IMG/VR virus record: IMGVR_UViG_3300013307_000015
DNA from: a virus
Lineage: Duplodnaviria > Heunggongvirae > Uroviricota > Caudoviricetes
Reading direction: 5' to 3' (one strand)
Length of the DNA stretch: 64,000 nucleotides
The translations under genes and the position numbers were made by a program. Under the pieces are notes generated by a model. It saw nothing but the letters and a program-made list of their open reading frames with translations, had not been told where the DNA came from and made no database searches. How positions within the stretch are numbered: the stretch's first letter is position 1; every line of letters begins with the position of its first letter. Positions 29,911 through 40,532 of this stretch are shown here, one piece after another.

Positions 29911-32532
29911 ATGACATTCGATTTCGTTGTCGACCACGCGCAGAAACACGTGTGGTGCGTCCCGAATCAGGACCGGCAGGCTATTTTGGAGCCTTTCAAG
30001 ATCACGCCCTTGGGCGGGGTCTGGAATACGGTTCGACTCATGTGGCGCGACATTCAGCTGCCGGTGGCGAACACGCATTTCCATCTGTACAACATCGGCC
30101 AGTTTAACAACTCACTGCTCGGGCTACCCGACAGCTACGGGAAATGGACCAGCTTCCAAGCGGCAATGAATGCAGTGCCGCTGATCGTCGACATTTATGC
30201 CGCATCAGGCGTGCAGATGCCGCGATTTGCCTGCTGGTACATGATGACGAAAGATAAAGACCTCGTCATCGCAGTGCAGGACCAAAGCACCATCAACATC
30301 GATCTGGATAACGATCCGATCTATGTGCGTTTCTATTCGAACGCGTTCTACAACAGCCAAGCGTCTTCGAAGGTTGCAGACTTCATCAAGACGAATGGCT
30401 CGAAGGTACTCAACAGCACAGCCATCGTGGCGCTGCAAAACGAGTATCAAACGCTTCAGGCGCAGATGGCTGCCGGGACGATTCCGAAAGGAGAAGTCTA
30501 CGCGTTCGTCAACGGCTGGCGCGTCAGTCAAATCGATCTTTTCACTGCGAAGATTGGTGACTGCGTGGAGTATATCTACGACAGCTCCATCTACGTGGTG
30601 ATCGATGTACCCGTCAGTAGCATGCCGGTGTTCACCTCGACACTGGATTCGAAGCTGAAGTACTTGGTCCACTACGCTGGACTGGGTGATCAGCAAATCG
30701 ACTACCAAGACGACATCGACTTTTTTTTGTACCAACCCATCGCAGGAGACCAGCAAGGACGTTGGTCGGGGTTGTACTACCACCGCAATAACGCGGATGC
30801 CGTACGCATGGTCACGCATAAGGACTACGCGATTCCGACCACGTACGTGCAAGCTTACGCAACGGGACAGACATCGTGGGGCGACCTCACGAAGCTGACG
30901 CTGCGCATGCAAATCCGCAAGGGCGGCATGAGCCGACCGCTGGTGTTCGAGAACAACCGCATTCATGAGCTGTACAAGCTGCCGGATGCGGAGATCGTGC
31001 AGGCCATGGTCGGGGTGAATGCGACGGTGCCGAACTGGCAAGCAGCAACGCTTGAAGCCTCGGCGTACACGCAGATCATGCGTCAGGTGAAAACCAACGA
31101 CATCACGAACCTGATGGTTCAGAACGCGTACGGCTACAACGCAATCTCGAAGCTCATCGGTGACACTCCGCAATTCACGCGGGTCTATTCGGGACAGACG
31201 ATCGCGGATATTCCGTACTCGCTCTCGGATAATTGCACGGGCTACGAATACGACGTGAATGGTCAGCTGCTGGGTTTCTTCCAGCATCGCGGTGGTACGA
31301 CCTACGTTGCCTCGTCTTCGCTGTGCAATCTGGTCGAGATGGTATCGGGTCAAGGTGGTCAGTTGCTGGATGAGACCTATGGTCAAAACCAAGTGGCGTT
31401 GATTCCGGGACGTAATTACCGGTACTACACCTGCCCGATTGATCCGGTCACAAGCCGACCGACCTTCGTCTGGACGGATGTGACGGGAAGCGGCCAGTAC
31501 GCCGTGCAGAACAACCAAGCGACGTGGTTGATCGACACCACCAAGTTCTACACGCTGGTGCGCGGTGATACGCGCTTCTTGGCGTATGAGCTGGCGCTGC
31601 CGATGACGGCAGGTATGTTGCAATTCAATCTGACGCAGCAAGCAGTGCGCTTCAGTCAGATCCAGAACATCGTGATGGAAATCCCGATGGGTGAGTTGCA
31701 ACTCTGGCTGAACGACAACGCCCTGATCGAAGGGGTCGACTACTTCGTGAAGTTCCCGCAAGTGGTCATCACCAACAAGACCTTCCTGAAGAATGTCGCT
31801 ACCGACCCGCAAAACATCATGGTGCGTTTCATGGGCTTTTGCAATGCAGACATGACGCGTACTGCTGCGCAAGACGTGGGTTGGGTGAAGTACGGACGGC
31901 TGTCGGACAACAACATGTTCGACATTCGGGATGACAAAGTGATGTCGTTTATCGTGGGTGGTCGCGCGTACGATCGTACGCAGCTGACGTTCCAAGAAAC
32001 GACAGGTGCGGTGATTCCGCAAGACGCTCGCAACGGTGAGCCGTATCAGATTCGCGACATCGTCGTGCCACTGGACGGACTCGTCAATGCAGACACGTAC
32101 AGCTTGCGGGCACAATCGCAAGTGATCGACCAAGTCGTCTCGGCCTACATGACGGCTCGTCTGCAAGAAAGTGATCCGGACATCCCGTCTGTGATCCCCG
32201 ATCTGTGGCGCGTCTACAGTCCGTTCTTCAGTCGGATCATGGCTGACCTGCTCTCCGGGCAACTGGCACCTTCCTTCTTGATGGGGAACTATTCCGATCA
32301 GGACGTGAAGAATGCCTGCGCTTCGTATGAGTGGTTGCTGGTTTTCGATCAGACGCAGGATGCTCAGCTTGCCGATACGGAGTACATGGTCGTGCAGCCG
32401 CACATCTTCGATCAACCTGTCACTGTGTCGATCTACATCTACAAGTTCCTCTCGCGAGTTGCGGCGCTGTATCTGCACAATCGCGTGGACATGTCGACGT
32501 GGGTCAACATCGAACAAATCGCAGCTGCATAA
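29911..32532 (+). CDS. baseplate/virion structural protein (phiKZ gp27-like)
   Basis: About 873 aa; VWC.P.QDRQ N-terminal motif; synteny. Confidence 0.75.
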   Translation: MTFDFVVDHAQKHVWCVPNQDRQAILEPFKITPLGGVWNTVRLMWRDIQLPVANTHFHLYNIGQFNNSLLGLPDSYGKWTSFQAAMNAVPLIVDIYAASGVQMPRFACWYMMTKDKDLVIAVQDQSTINIDLDNDPIYVRFYSNAFYNSQASSKVADFIKTNGSKVLNSTAIVALQNEYQTLQAQMAAGTIPKGEVYAFVNGWRVSQIDLFTAKIGDCVEYIYDSSIYVVIDVPVSSMPVFTSTLDSKLKYLVHYAGLGDQQIDYQDDIDFFLYQPIAGDQQGRWSGLYYHRNNADAVRMVTHKDYAIPTTYVQAYATGQTSWGDLTKLTLRMQIRKGGMSRPLVFENNRIHELYKLPDAEIVQAMVGVNATVPNWQAATLEASAYTQIMRQVKTNDITNLMVQNAYGYNAISKLIGDTPQFTRVYSGQTIADIPYSLSDNCTGYEYDVNGQLLGFFQHRGGTTYVASSSLCNLVEMVSGQGGQLLDETYGQNQVALIPGRNYRYYTCPIDPVTSRPTFVWTDVTGSGQYAVQNNQATWLIDTTKFYTLVRGDTRFLAYELALPMTAGMLQFNLTQQAVRFSQIQNIVMEIPMGELQLWLNDNALIEGVDYFVKFPQVVITNKTFLKNVATDPQNIMVRFMGFCNADMTRTAAQDVGWVKYGRLSDNNMFDIRDDKVMSFIVGGRAYDRTQLTFQETTGAVIPQDARNGEPYQIRDIVVPLDGLVNADTYSLRAQSQVIDQVVSAYMTARLQESDPDIPSVIPDLWRVYSPFFSRIMADLLSGQLAPSFLMGNYSDQDVKNACASYEWLLVFDQTQDAQLADTEYMVVQPHIFDQPVTVSIYIYKFLSRVAALYLHNRVDMSTWVNIEQIAAA

Positions 32533-32547
32533 TCGGGAGAAACCTGA

Positions 32548-34224
32548 ATGTCAACTCCAATTACCGCGACGCCGCCGGCCGGTAATGATGGCGTCGTACC
32601 GTATTGGCCCAAAAACAATACGTGGAAAATCTGGAATGTGGCGGAACTCTTCATGGGTCCGCAAACGCCGGGTACCAATCACTACGTGCCGAACGTGGGT
32701 GACTGGGCAGTGGATACGAACCTGAACCAGTTCTACAAGGTGACGGCTATCGATCCGACCACGTTCGTGGCGACCTTGCAGAAGATCCAAGGGCCGATTC
32801 CGTCGGATGAATTCACCGACGCCGATCGATTGCTGTCTCCGGGTCCGGGTCCGCGTTCGAACACGTACCTCATGTACGTGAACAAGAACACGAAACCTTT
32901 CACTGCTGCACTCGACGCACGTCTGTACGTGATGGGCACTGCCACGCGCACCTGCCGTGTGGTGATTGGCTCGGCACTCAACGGCACGCGCAAAGTCATC
33001 AGCGCGGCGTACGACAACGCGGGCAACCTCGTCAGTCAGGACATCCAGCTGGAAATTGTCGACGGCACCAACGCGGTTAAGGTGGTTCCGCCGTTCAATA
33101 CCACGGAAGATCTGACGGACGGAGAAATCGTCACGGCTGAGTTCTACTCGGATACGGGCGATCTGGTTTCGCAAAGCCAGCTGCGTGTGCGCAATACGGC
33201 GTTCATCCGTTCGCCGGCACTGGGTACGAAGTACGTGACGAGTATCGGCTTGCAGTCGCCGTTCCTCTCGTCTGCTGATCCGACGCAGATCCTGTACCCG
33301 CTGAACGTACCGCTGCAAGGCTTGAACCTGATGGGGGTGGTGAACTACTCCGACGGTTCGCAACGTGTGCTGCCAGTCGATGGCACGAAGTTCCAGCTGT
33401 TCGGTTTCAATACGGGCTTCGTCGCTACTGTGATCGGTCAGAAGGTGCCGCTGGTGTTGAAGTACAACCTCTCGGCGGACGAAATCGCGTACGGGTCGAC
33501 TGCCAACCAAGGCAACTTCCTCACGCGCGAATTCACCGCCACGACGGTGGAGCCGAACAACCAGTACACGGTCAAGCTCTTCTGCTACCCGATCTGGGTG
33601 GATGCGGTCAACGGCTATCGTCTGCGTTGGTTCCTGTTGAACCTCGACCGGACGGTCTGGTACGACGTGACGCCTTACATCGTCTACCAGAATGCGTTCA
33701 ATCCGCTCGCGTATGGCGTGCAGCAAAAGCTTCAGGTGCAACTGAACCTGCAAAAGGTCAACGGTTCGTTCCTGAACTTCAACTTCACGCAGACCGTGTG
33801 GGTGTCGCTGCTCAATCAGGGCACGGAGCGCAGCACCAACTGGACCATTGCGTTTGCACCGGGTCAATCGCCGCAGTTTGGCGTGAACGACTACGCGGCA
33901 ACGACGTTCGTCAACCAGAACCTCTGGAAGGTGAACCTCGCAATGGGCGAGACCGACATCGACAACTGGCTGCCGCGCGTCTATGGCGCAACGCTGCCGC
34001 TGTACGACACGCAGAAGGAACCGGGTCCTCTGACTCCGACGCACTTCTCGCTCTTGGTCGGTGCAACCGAATACGAGTTCCCGATTTCGCAGTGGAATCA
34101 GGACCTCGTCTCGAATCAAGCCATTCCGGATTCGAGCACGCTGTTCGTGCGTTTCTTCAAGCGCACGCCGGACAACGATCTCCAATTGGCGGTCGCTGGC
34201 TTCCCGGTGTATCAGCAGAACTAA
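32548..34224 (+). CDS. baseplate/virion structural protein (phiKZ gp26-like)
   Basis: 558-aa beta-rich protein; YVPNVGD motif; synteny before terminase. Confidence 0.72.
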   Translation: MSTPITATPPAGNDGVVPYWPKNNTWKIWNVAELFMGPQTPGTNHYVPNVGDWAVDTNLNQFYKVTAIDPTTFVATLQKIQGPIPSDEFTDADRLLSPGPGPRSNTYLMYVNKNTKPFTAALDARLYVMGTATRTCRVVIGSALNGTRKVISAAYDNAGNLVSQDIQLEIVDGTNAVKVVPPFNTTEDLTDGEIVTAEFYSDTGDLVSQSQLRVRNTAFIRSPALGTKYVTSIGLQSPFLSSADPTQILYPLNVPLQGLNLMGVVNYSDGSQRVLPVDGTKFQLFGFNTGFVATVIGQKVPLVLKYNLSADEIAYGSTANQGNFLTREFTATTVEPNNQYTVKLFCYPIWVDAVNGYRLRWFLLNLDRTVWYDVTPYIVYQNAFNPLAYGVQQKLQVQLNLQKVNGSFLNFNFTQTVWVSLLNQGTERSTNWTIAFAPGQSPQFGVNDYAATTFVNQNLWKVNLAMGETDIDNWLPRVYGATLPLYDTQKEPGPLTPTHFSLLVGATEYEFPISQWNQDLVSNQAIPDSSTLFVRFFKRTPDNDLQLAVAGFPVYQQN

Positions 34225-34316
34225 GATCGGTTCCCGCCACTTCTCCCTTCTCCAGAACATCGGGGAGGGGAGAGTGGTCTTTTTTATGACCTATCTATAA
34301 CGTCGAGAGAGTCCTT

Positions 34317-34817
34317 ATGTCTGACTTGCTGACTTACCATCCACCGATCATCGCCATGCGCGCTGCATGGGCGAATGCGCTCACGGGACAGGAAGCCACG
34401 TACTTTCCATCCATCATCGGGGGTGAGACGTGGAATACTCCACCCACGATCGCTAACCTCAAGAATTGGAAATGGATTCGTCACGGGATTCTGACCATCA
34501 AGCAGAACACGCTCGTCAATCTGGCTGTGCTCCAGCAAGGCACGCCGTGGCTGGCCGCTGTGCAGCCGGTGAGCTGGTCGATTGATTCGACCCAGTACGC
34601 CTCGCTGCAAGGCGTCGATTCTGGCAGTATCTACGGCGACAACCAGCAGTTGTTGAAAGTCAACCCCAACCTGCCCACACCCGATCCGAGCGATAACAAG
34701 ATCAAGGGCTATATCGGGAAGGCAGTTCTGATCACTGGCACCTACGTTGATGGTTCGACAATCGTCGAACAGTTGTTGCTTTACCCGCAACTGGCGCAGG
34801 CGCAGCCGATCAATTAA
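34317..34817 (+). CDS. hypothetical protein
   Basis: 166-aa ORF between structural genes and terminase. Confidence 0.7.
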   Translation: MSDLLTYHPPIIAMRAAWANALTGQEATYFPSIIGGETWNTPPTIANLKNWKWIRHGILTIKQNTLVNLAVLQQGTPWLAAVQPVSWSIDSTQYASLQGVDSGSIYGDNQQLLKVNPNLPTPDPSDNKIKGYIGKAVLITGTYVDGSTIVEQLLLYPQLAQAQPIN

Positions 34818-34835
34818 GCCTGAGCGAGGCTGACC

Positions 34836-37091
34836 ATGATTCTGTTCGAAGAAGATTGGGCCAAGTACCCGGATGCAATTGCTGACTTCAAAACGAAGAA
34901 CACCAGTTTCCTCCGGATGGCAGGAGTGTACCGTTCGATGGGTATTTCGAACCACACCTTCATGCTGGCCCTACACAACCCCTTACTCCAAGGCGTCGAT
35001 CCGTTTGATTACGAGAATCTCACGGATGAGTTGAAACTCATGATTGCGGCGGAGTGCAAAGAAAATCCGTGGTACTTCTTCCGCGAATGCGGACGAGCCC
35101 CTCAACAGGGTACGATGGAGTCGGTGCCGGTGGAAGCCAACCGGGGCAACCTGTGTCTGTGGTGGTGTTTCTTTAACCACGTCTTCATCATCCTGATTCA
35201 GATTCGTCAGACCGGTAAGTCGTTTTCGACAGACTTGCTCTGGGGATTGTGTCTGGAGCTGATGTGCGAGCACACGACGATTAACCTGATGACTAAGGAC
35301 GATCAGCTCCGTAAGGAAAACATCGATCGTCTGAAGAACATCATGTTAGACTTGCCACGCTATCTGGATTTGCGTGGACGGGATGACGCAAACAACACGG
35401 AAATGATCACCGTGAATTTGCGGGACAACAAGTACAAGGCGCACGTACCGCAGATGCAGGAAAAGCGGGCGTACAACTTGGGTCGCGGGATGACGTCGCC
35501 GATCTTCCAGATTGACGAAGGTCCGTTCCAACCGAACATTTCGATCGCGTTGCCGGCAGCACTGGCTGCAACGACGGCAGCCGTTACCGCTGCTATTGAA
35601 AACGACACGCCGTATGGCACGGTCATGACGACGACGGCGGGCAAGAAGAACGACAAGGACGGTGCGTACGTCTACGGCATCGTTCAGGAATCGGCCCAGT
35701 GGACCGAGAAGTTGTTTGACTGCAAGAACCGTGAAGAGTTGGAGAAGGTCGTGCGCGGCATGAGCCGGCCCAACGAGTACGGCGAAACGTTCTATCAGGT
35801 GGTCGCTACCTTCAATCACATCCAACTCGGCAAGAGCGACAAGTGGTTGTACGAAACGATTCAGCGGGTGAAGGCCAAAGGCGAAGACGCCGACCGCGAC
35901 TTCTTTAATCGCTGGACGAGTGGTTCGCAGTCGATGCCGTTTGACCTTGAACTGGGTGAAAAGGCAGCCAAGTCGGAGATGGAGCCGCTTTACATCGACA
36001 TCGGCAAACCTGAACCGTACGTGACGCGCTGGTACATTCCGGAAGCGACCATTGAGCGCCGGATGGCCAATGGGAAATTCGTACTGGGGATGGATACGTC
36101 GGATGCATCCGGCGGTGACGATATCGGCATGGTGCTTGTCGACATCGAAACGGGCGAGACGATCGCTTGCGGGACATTCAACAACACGAACACCACGCCC
36201 TTCTTCCGTTGGGTGGCATCGATTCTGGTCACGTACAAGAACGTCACGGCCATTATCGAAAAGCGTTCGTCAGGTGCTGCGCTGTTGGATGCATTGATGT
36301 GGATTTTGCCGCAGTTTGGCGAAGACCCCTTCAAGCGGATCTTCAACTGGGTGGTGAACGATCACTTGGAATATCCGGATCGGTACAAAGAAGTCAACAT
36401 GCACGTGAACCGGCGTTCGTCGGACATCGGTACACGCTATCGCAAGTACTTCGGGTTTGCAACGAGTGGTTCAGGCGCTACCTCGCGTGCCGAGCTGTAC
36501 TCGGATACGCTCACCACTGCCATGCAGCGTTCGTGCACGAAGATGCGCGATAAGACACTCATTGATCAGGCGTTGAGTTTGATCGTCAAGGACGGTCGAG
36601 TGGATCACCCGCGTGGTCAGCACGACGACATGGTGATCGGTTGGCTGCTGTGTCACTGGCTCATGACTAAGGCGACTAACCTGCAATTCTACGGGATTGA
36701 CTCACGTTGCATTCTGTCGAAAGCAATGCCGCAGAAGGTTTTGTCGATTGCTGAGCAGCGCGAGCTGCGTGAGCAACAGCAGATCAAATCTCAAATGGAG
36801 GAACACTACAAGCGACTTCAAAATGAATCGGATGAGAATATATGTATGCGACTGGAGCACATGCTCAAATCGTTATCCATGCGTCTCACCAGTCAGGAAG
36901 AGGACGCTGTCTCGATCGACGAATTGATCCGTCAAGCACGGGAAACTCGTCGAGAACGCAAGCGCGCTGGGCTTTACAACCGGGGCCAGTCCATTCATCA
37001 ACAACTGGGCTACGCCAACGGCGCGCATCAGGGTGAGTTCTCTGACCGCCCTATGTCTGCCAACGAAATCTACCGTAGGAGGTACGGTTAA
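34836..37091 (+). CDS. terL: terminase large subunit
   Basis: ENPWYFFRE, Walker A IRQTGKS, Walker B FQIDEG, motif III TTTAG, nuclease GMDTS and HDDMV. Confidence 0.93.
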   Translation: MILFEEDWAKYPDAIADFKTKNTSFLRMAGVYRSMGISNHTFMLALHNPLLQGVDPFDYENLTDELKLMIAAECKENPWYFFRECGRAPQQGTMESVPVEANRGNLCLWWCFFNHVFIILIQIRQTGKSFSTDLLWGLCLELMCEHTTINLMTKDDQLRKENIDRLKNIMLDLPRYLDLRGRDDANNTEMITVNLRDNKYKAHVPQMQEKRAYNLGRGMTSPIFQIDEGPFQPNISIALPAALAATTAAVTAAIENDTPYGTVMTTTAGKKNDKDGAYVYGIVQESAQWTEKLFDCKNREELEKVVRGMSRPNEYGETFYQVVATFNHIQLGKSDKWLYETIQRVKAKGEDADRDFFNRWTSGSQSMPFDLELGEKAAKSEMEPLYIDIGKPEPYVTRWYIPEATIERRMANGKFVLGMDTSDASGGDDIGMVLVDIETGETIACGTFNNTNTTPFFRWVASILVTYKNVTAIIEKRSSGAALLDALMWILPQFGEDPFKRIFNWVVNDHLEYPDRYKEVNMHVNRRSSDIGTRYRKYFGFATSGSGATSRAELYSDTLTTAMQRSCTKMRDKTLIDQALSLIVKDGRVDHPRGQHDDMVIGWLLCHWLMTKATNLQFYGIDSRCILSKAMPQKVLSIAEQRELREQQQIKSQMEEHYKRLQNESDENICMRLEHMLKSLSMRLTSQEEDAVSIDELIRQARETRRERKRAGLYNRGQSIHQQLGYANGAHQGEFSDRPMSANEIYRRRYG

Positions 37092-37116
37092 ACACTGTAT
37101 CTTGTAGATTTAACTG

Positions 37117-37650
37117 ATGGAGTACCACATGTCTCGACTTTTCAGGCAAGCGCTGGAAGCTTACGATTCGTCCAATACGGGCGGGGAGGATGGTTCCGAC
37201 AAGAAGGACCTGATCGTCATGAAGGGTCCGCTCTCGGAAGTGTTCACCGAAGCGCTCAACAAGGTGTACGCGAAACCCGAAGGCGGGATCGACGGAGCCG
37301 CGCTCGAATCGCAAGCCAACGACGCACTGATGATGCAGGCACTCGCGTCGGATTTCAACAACCCGCCTCAGGGTGACGACAGTGGCGGTCAGACCACCGT
37401 GTACGGCGTGTCGGCTGCGTCGGTCGACAACGACGACTTCGTCGACATCAGCAAGGAGTTCGAAGGTGACGACAAGCTGGTGCTGATCGTCGACGGTGTG
37501 CAGCCGGGTCCGAACAGCCCCGACGATTCGATTCCGGCTGAACGTGCGGAGCTGCTCACGAGCGCGCTGGAGTCGTTCGTCAAGGCCAACGGCGGCCAGG
37601 TCTTCCGCTCGCTGCAAGAGTACGCCGCAACACGCGTGAAAAAGGACTAA
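37117..37650 (+). CDS. acidic putative internal head protein
   Basis: Three ALE sites (QALEAY, AALESQ, SALESF) matching the A-x-E head-protease motif; strong codon bias. Confidence 0.65.
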   Translation: MEYHMSRLFRQALEAYDSSNTGGEDGSDKKDLIVMKGPLSEVFTEALNKVYAKPEGGIDGAALESQANDALMMQALASDFNNPPQGDDSGGQTTVYGVSAASVDNDDFVDISKEFEGDDKLVLIVDGVQPGPNSPDDSIPAERAELLTSALESFVKANGGQVFRSLQEYAATRVKKD

Positions 37651-37663
37651 GCTTCATGGTCCG

Positions 37664-37697
37664 GCTAGGGGGCTTCGGCTCCCTAGCTTTTTATGCC
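37664..37697 (+). terminator. hairpin plus T tract plus TATGCC
   Basis: GCTAGGGGGC-TTCG-GCTCCCTAGC-TTTTTATGCC. Confidence 0.75.
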
Positions 37698-37707
37698 GTA
37701 ATTTTGT

Positions 37708-38970
37708 GTGAGTATTCAAAATCAAGGTATCCTCAAAATGAGCGGACTCATCAAGGGCGTATTTCTGGAGGAGTGCGGTAAGCTTCCCATCGACGCCAAT
37801 CTCATCAAGCGCCTGCGGGTCTACGAAAGCAGTTTTGTGGGACGCAACGCCGATCACATCGCCTTCTTTGGCGGCCACCTCTTAGGGGTGAATCCCGTCA
37901 AGTTTCTCCCGTCCGACCAGATGCGTTGGTTTGACGAGATCATCCGGGCTGATGAATTGGCACTGGAGCAAAAGCTGTTGGCACTGCCCACGGTGAACAA
38001 AGACTGGAAGGTGTCGAGCAACACGATGAACCTGTCGTGCGCATGGCTCATCTACGCCATCCATGTCTCCAAGGCTTTGACACCGCAGCAAAAGCATCAG
38101 GGCATGATGGACGTGCTGCTGATCCTCCAGTACAAGTTCTTCACGTCGTTGCTTTTTCACTACTTCCGTTATCCCGCGAAACCGGAAGTAGCGGAAGCGA
38201 CGTACGCAGCCTTGTCGGATAAGTTCACCATCAAGCAAGTCGGTACGTGGGGTGCACTCTTTAAGGATCGTGCAGAGACTATTCTCGCCAAGGACAGTCC
38301 GCACATGAAGAACGGCACCCTCCTGAACTTCGATGACGATGAAGGCGTCATCTATTTTCTGAACGACGTGCAAGGTCGCATTCGCGACGTGATGAAAAAC
38401 ATCTACTCGGTGTACGATCGCGTGCACAATTCAGGCCAAGCCATCCAGAGTACTTCCGCTGTGACGGATCACGACGGTGAGAAGATCCTGAAGGACAAGA
38501 GCACCAACCTGAATTCGTACACCCGTTACCTGAACAGCGTGATCACCGATCAGAACTCCTTCATTCGTGAGGAGCTGGTGCGTGTGATCTTGCAGTTGAT
38601 GCACACGGCTCCGCCCAGTGTCTTTGAACAGACGCTTAAGTGGATGAGCCAACACTATCGTCAAAGCAATTACGGAATTATCGAGCAGGTCATCAACGAA
38701 ACGCTCATCCATTCCTTCAGTTACTTCGACGAACATCGGGAGTATGTGCGCGGCAATCCCAACTTGACGACGTTACTTAGTCGCCTGAAGGGGGTCTACA
38801 CTTCCAGTCGCTCCACGGATCCGGTTCTTATGAAGCTGCGTGAGAATGCGGAACATTTGGTTGAGATGGCAACAAAGAGCAAAAACGAGTCCACATTGGC
38901 GAGTGTGCGGACTGCGTTGCTGCTGTACTTGGTGGCCCGTGCTTTGACCATGACCCATTACGCAGGTTAG
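37708..38970 (+). CDS. conserved jumbo-phage protein, possibly virion-associated
   Basis: About 420-aa helical protein (FFGG.LLGV, LKGVYTSSRS); start may be ATG 37738. Confidence 0.75.
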   Translation: MSIQNQGILKMSGLIKGVFLEECGKLPIDANLIKRLRVYESSFVGRNADHIAFFGGHLLGVNPVKFLPSDQMRWFDEIIRADELALEQKLLALPTVNKDWKVSSNTMNLSCAWLIYAIHVSKALTPQQKHQGMMDVLLILQYKFFTSLLFHYFRYPAKPEVAEATYAALSDKFTIKQVGTWGALFKDRAETILAKDSPHMKNGTLLNFDDDEGVIYFLNDVQGRIRDVMKNIYSVYDRVHNSGQAIQSTSAVTDHDGEKILKDKSTNLNSYTRYLNSVITDQNSFIREELVRVILQLMHTAPPSVFEQTLKWMSQHYRQSNYGIIEQVINETLIHSFSYFDEHREYVRGNPNLTTLLSRLKGVYTSSRSTDPVLMKLRENAEHLVEMATKSKNESTLASVRTALLLYLVARALTMTHYAG

Positions 38971-38998
38971 TAGGACCCTTAGGGAGGCTCTCGGCGGG

Positions 38999-39445
38999 AT
39001 GGGAGCCTGTCGTTCTCAGGTGGTCTCTATCATGTACTTCATCAGACGGTTGTTGTCTCGATGTTTCCTGTTTGTGGAGAAACGTTTAAAGGGAAACACG
39101 ACGTTCAGAGACGTATCCAATCCTGAAGATAAAGATCTGGTTGGTACCCTAACGGGGTATTCCGTGACTGGATACCAGATACGCATCTACTGTAGCCGGC
39201 AACGACTCCAAAAAGTCCATGCCCGGTGGTATATCCCGACAACAAATATCGACCTCTACCATGTCTACAGCGTGGTAAGTCAGGATGCGCCTCAGTCGCT
39301 TAAGGATGCATGCTCATTGGAGATTAGGATTCCATCTCCAGTTCCGGAATTTTTGAGTACCGAATTCCAGAAAGACGCAGCCATCGAGTGCTATCTGGAT
39401 CTGCTGATTCAGCGAATGAAACCAGAAGACCAGTTTAACAGCTAA
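38999..39445 (+). CDS. hypothetical protein
   Basis: 148-aa ORF (start may be 39032); lower GC. Confidence 0.6.
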   Translation: MGACRSQVVSIMYFIRRLLSRCFLFVEKRLKGNTTFRDVSNPEDKDLVGTLTGYSVTGYQIRIYCSRQRLQKVHARWYIPTTNIDLYHVYSVVSQDAPQSLKDACSLEIRIPSPVPEFLSTEFQKDAAIECYLDLLIQRMKPEDQFNS

Positions 39446-39486
39446 CGGTTTTTAAGGGGGAGGCTTTTGCCTCCCCCGTTATGTCG

Positions 39487-39855
39487 TCAACGCGATTGGT
39501 CTTGAATGCGCATCACGGTCTTTGGTGTGACTCTGATACCCATGAAGTTCAGTTGGGGAGCACCGACAATCTTCATCTCACACATCCGAACCACATCGTC
39601 GAGTGTCGCTTTGGGATTGAACCACACCGGATACTCGCCTTGCTTGACGAATCCTTCAAGAGCCAAGCGTTCGTCAAGTTTGCCATCGTAATCGACTTGA
39701 TCGCGTTTGATTACAACCGGCAACAATCTGCGACGATGGATAAAGACTTCCTTGGGTGCAGCCACAACTCCGACAATAAATTGCCGGATAACACGTGTCT
39801 TGCCAATTCGACGTATCAGTTGTCGACGACGGCGAACATCAGAAGCTTTACTCAT
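39487..39855 (-). CDS. basic hypothetical protein
   Basis: GAGG RBS before ATG; converges on hairpin 39456-39478. Confidence 0.65.
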   Translation of the reverse strand: MSKASDVRRRRQLIRRIGKTRVIRQFIVGVVAAPKEVFIHRRRLLPVVIKRDQVDYDGKLDERLALEGFVKQGEYPVWFNPKATLDDVVRMCEMKIVGAPQLNFMGIRVTPKTVMRIQDQSR

Positions 39856-40532
39856 GGGGCACCTCGCGATAGATTAGGTATAGCATCCTCAATCCTCTTG
39901 TTTTTCCAATCTTACAATTGTAAGCTATTTGTAAGGTTCGCGCGCGCCCTGATCCTCTCTTTCAAAACCAGTCTGCGCAAGCGACAAGCTAACAGTCTTC
40001 TACTGTGTTTGTGTGATTACTGTCGATTCCTCCTTCGGAGGAAATCTCCTTACAATCAAAGACAAAAAACTTTCTTTCATCAAATTTTTTTATGACGATA
40101 TGCAATTTTTTGCACCCACCCCGATCCGAGCGAGCCAAAGGCAAAGCGAGGCACTTTTAGCGAAGCTTATGCTCCTGCATAAGCGAAGCGTTACCACCCT
40201 ATCGAGTCCTCTAGAGGAGGACGAGATCTAATCCTTCTATAGCAGACGAGTCCTAACCTGTTAAGCCCGGCTCTTGTGGCCGGGCAGTTATGCCGTCACT
40301 ATCTACACTACGCGCATACTGGCGAGTTGTTACTAAATGTAACAGAACTTGTTACCAGGAAAATTTCGGAAAAAGGTTCCCCCTAGCGGGAGTTCGTAGT
40401 TTGCGTATGTGCGGAAGGTAACATAGGGGAGTGTATTGAAAACCTATGTCCTTAAGGTATCGTACAGAGAGCAATACAAAACAACGATAATTTCAACTTC
40501 ACTAATCTCTGATTAAGAAGAAAGGAAAAGCC

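Noticed and set aside
19737-34260. Very long antisense ORFs (19737-21575, 27026-28720, 30205-32517, 32551-34260; also 44249-45649, 55534-56943, 62953-63948)
   Set aside because: They mirror strongly codon-biased real genes, have R/H/V/D-rich unnatural composition and no RBS; typical shadow frames.
13568-37091. Inteins or introns in RNAP subunits or terminase
   Set aside because: Frames are continuous, sizes look typical, and no intein splice or LAGLIDADG motifs were noticed.
39481-40231. Plus-strand ORFs 39481-40095 and 40013-40231
   Set aside because: No RBS and atypical composition; the first is antisense to a better-supported gene.
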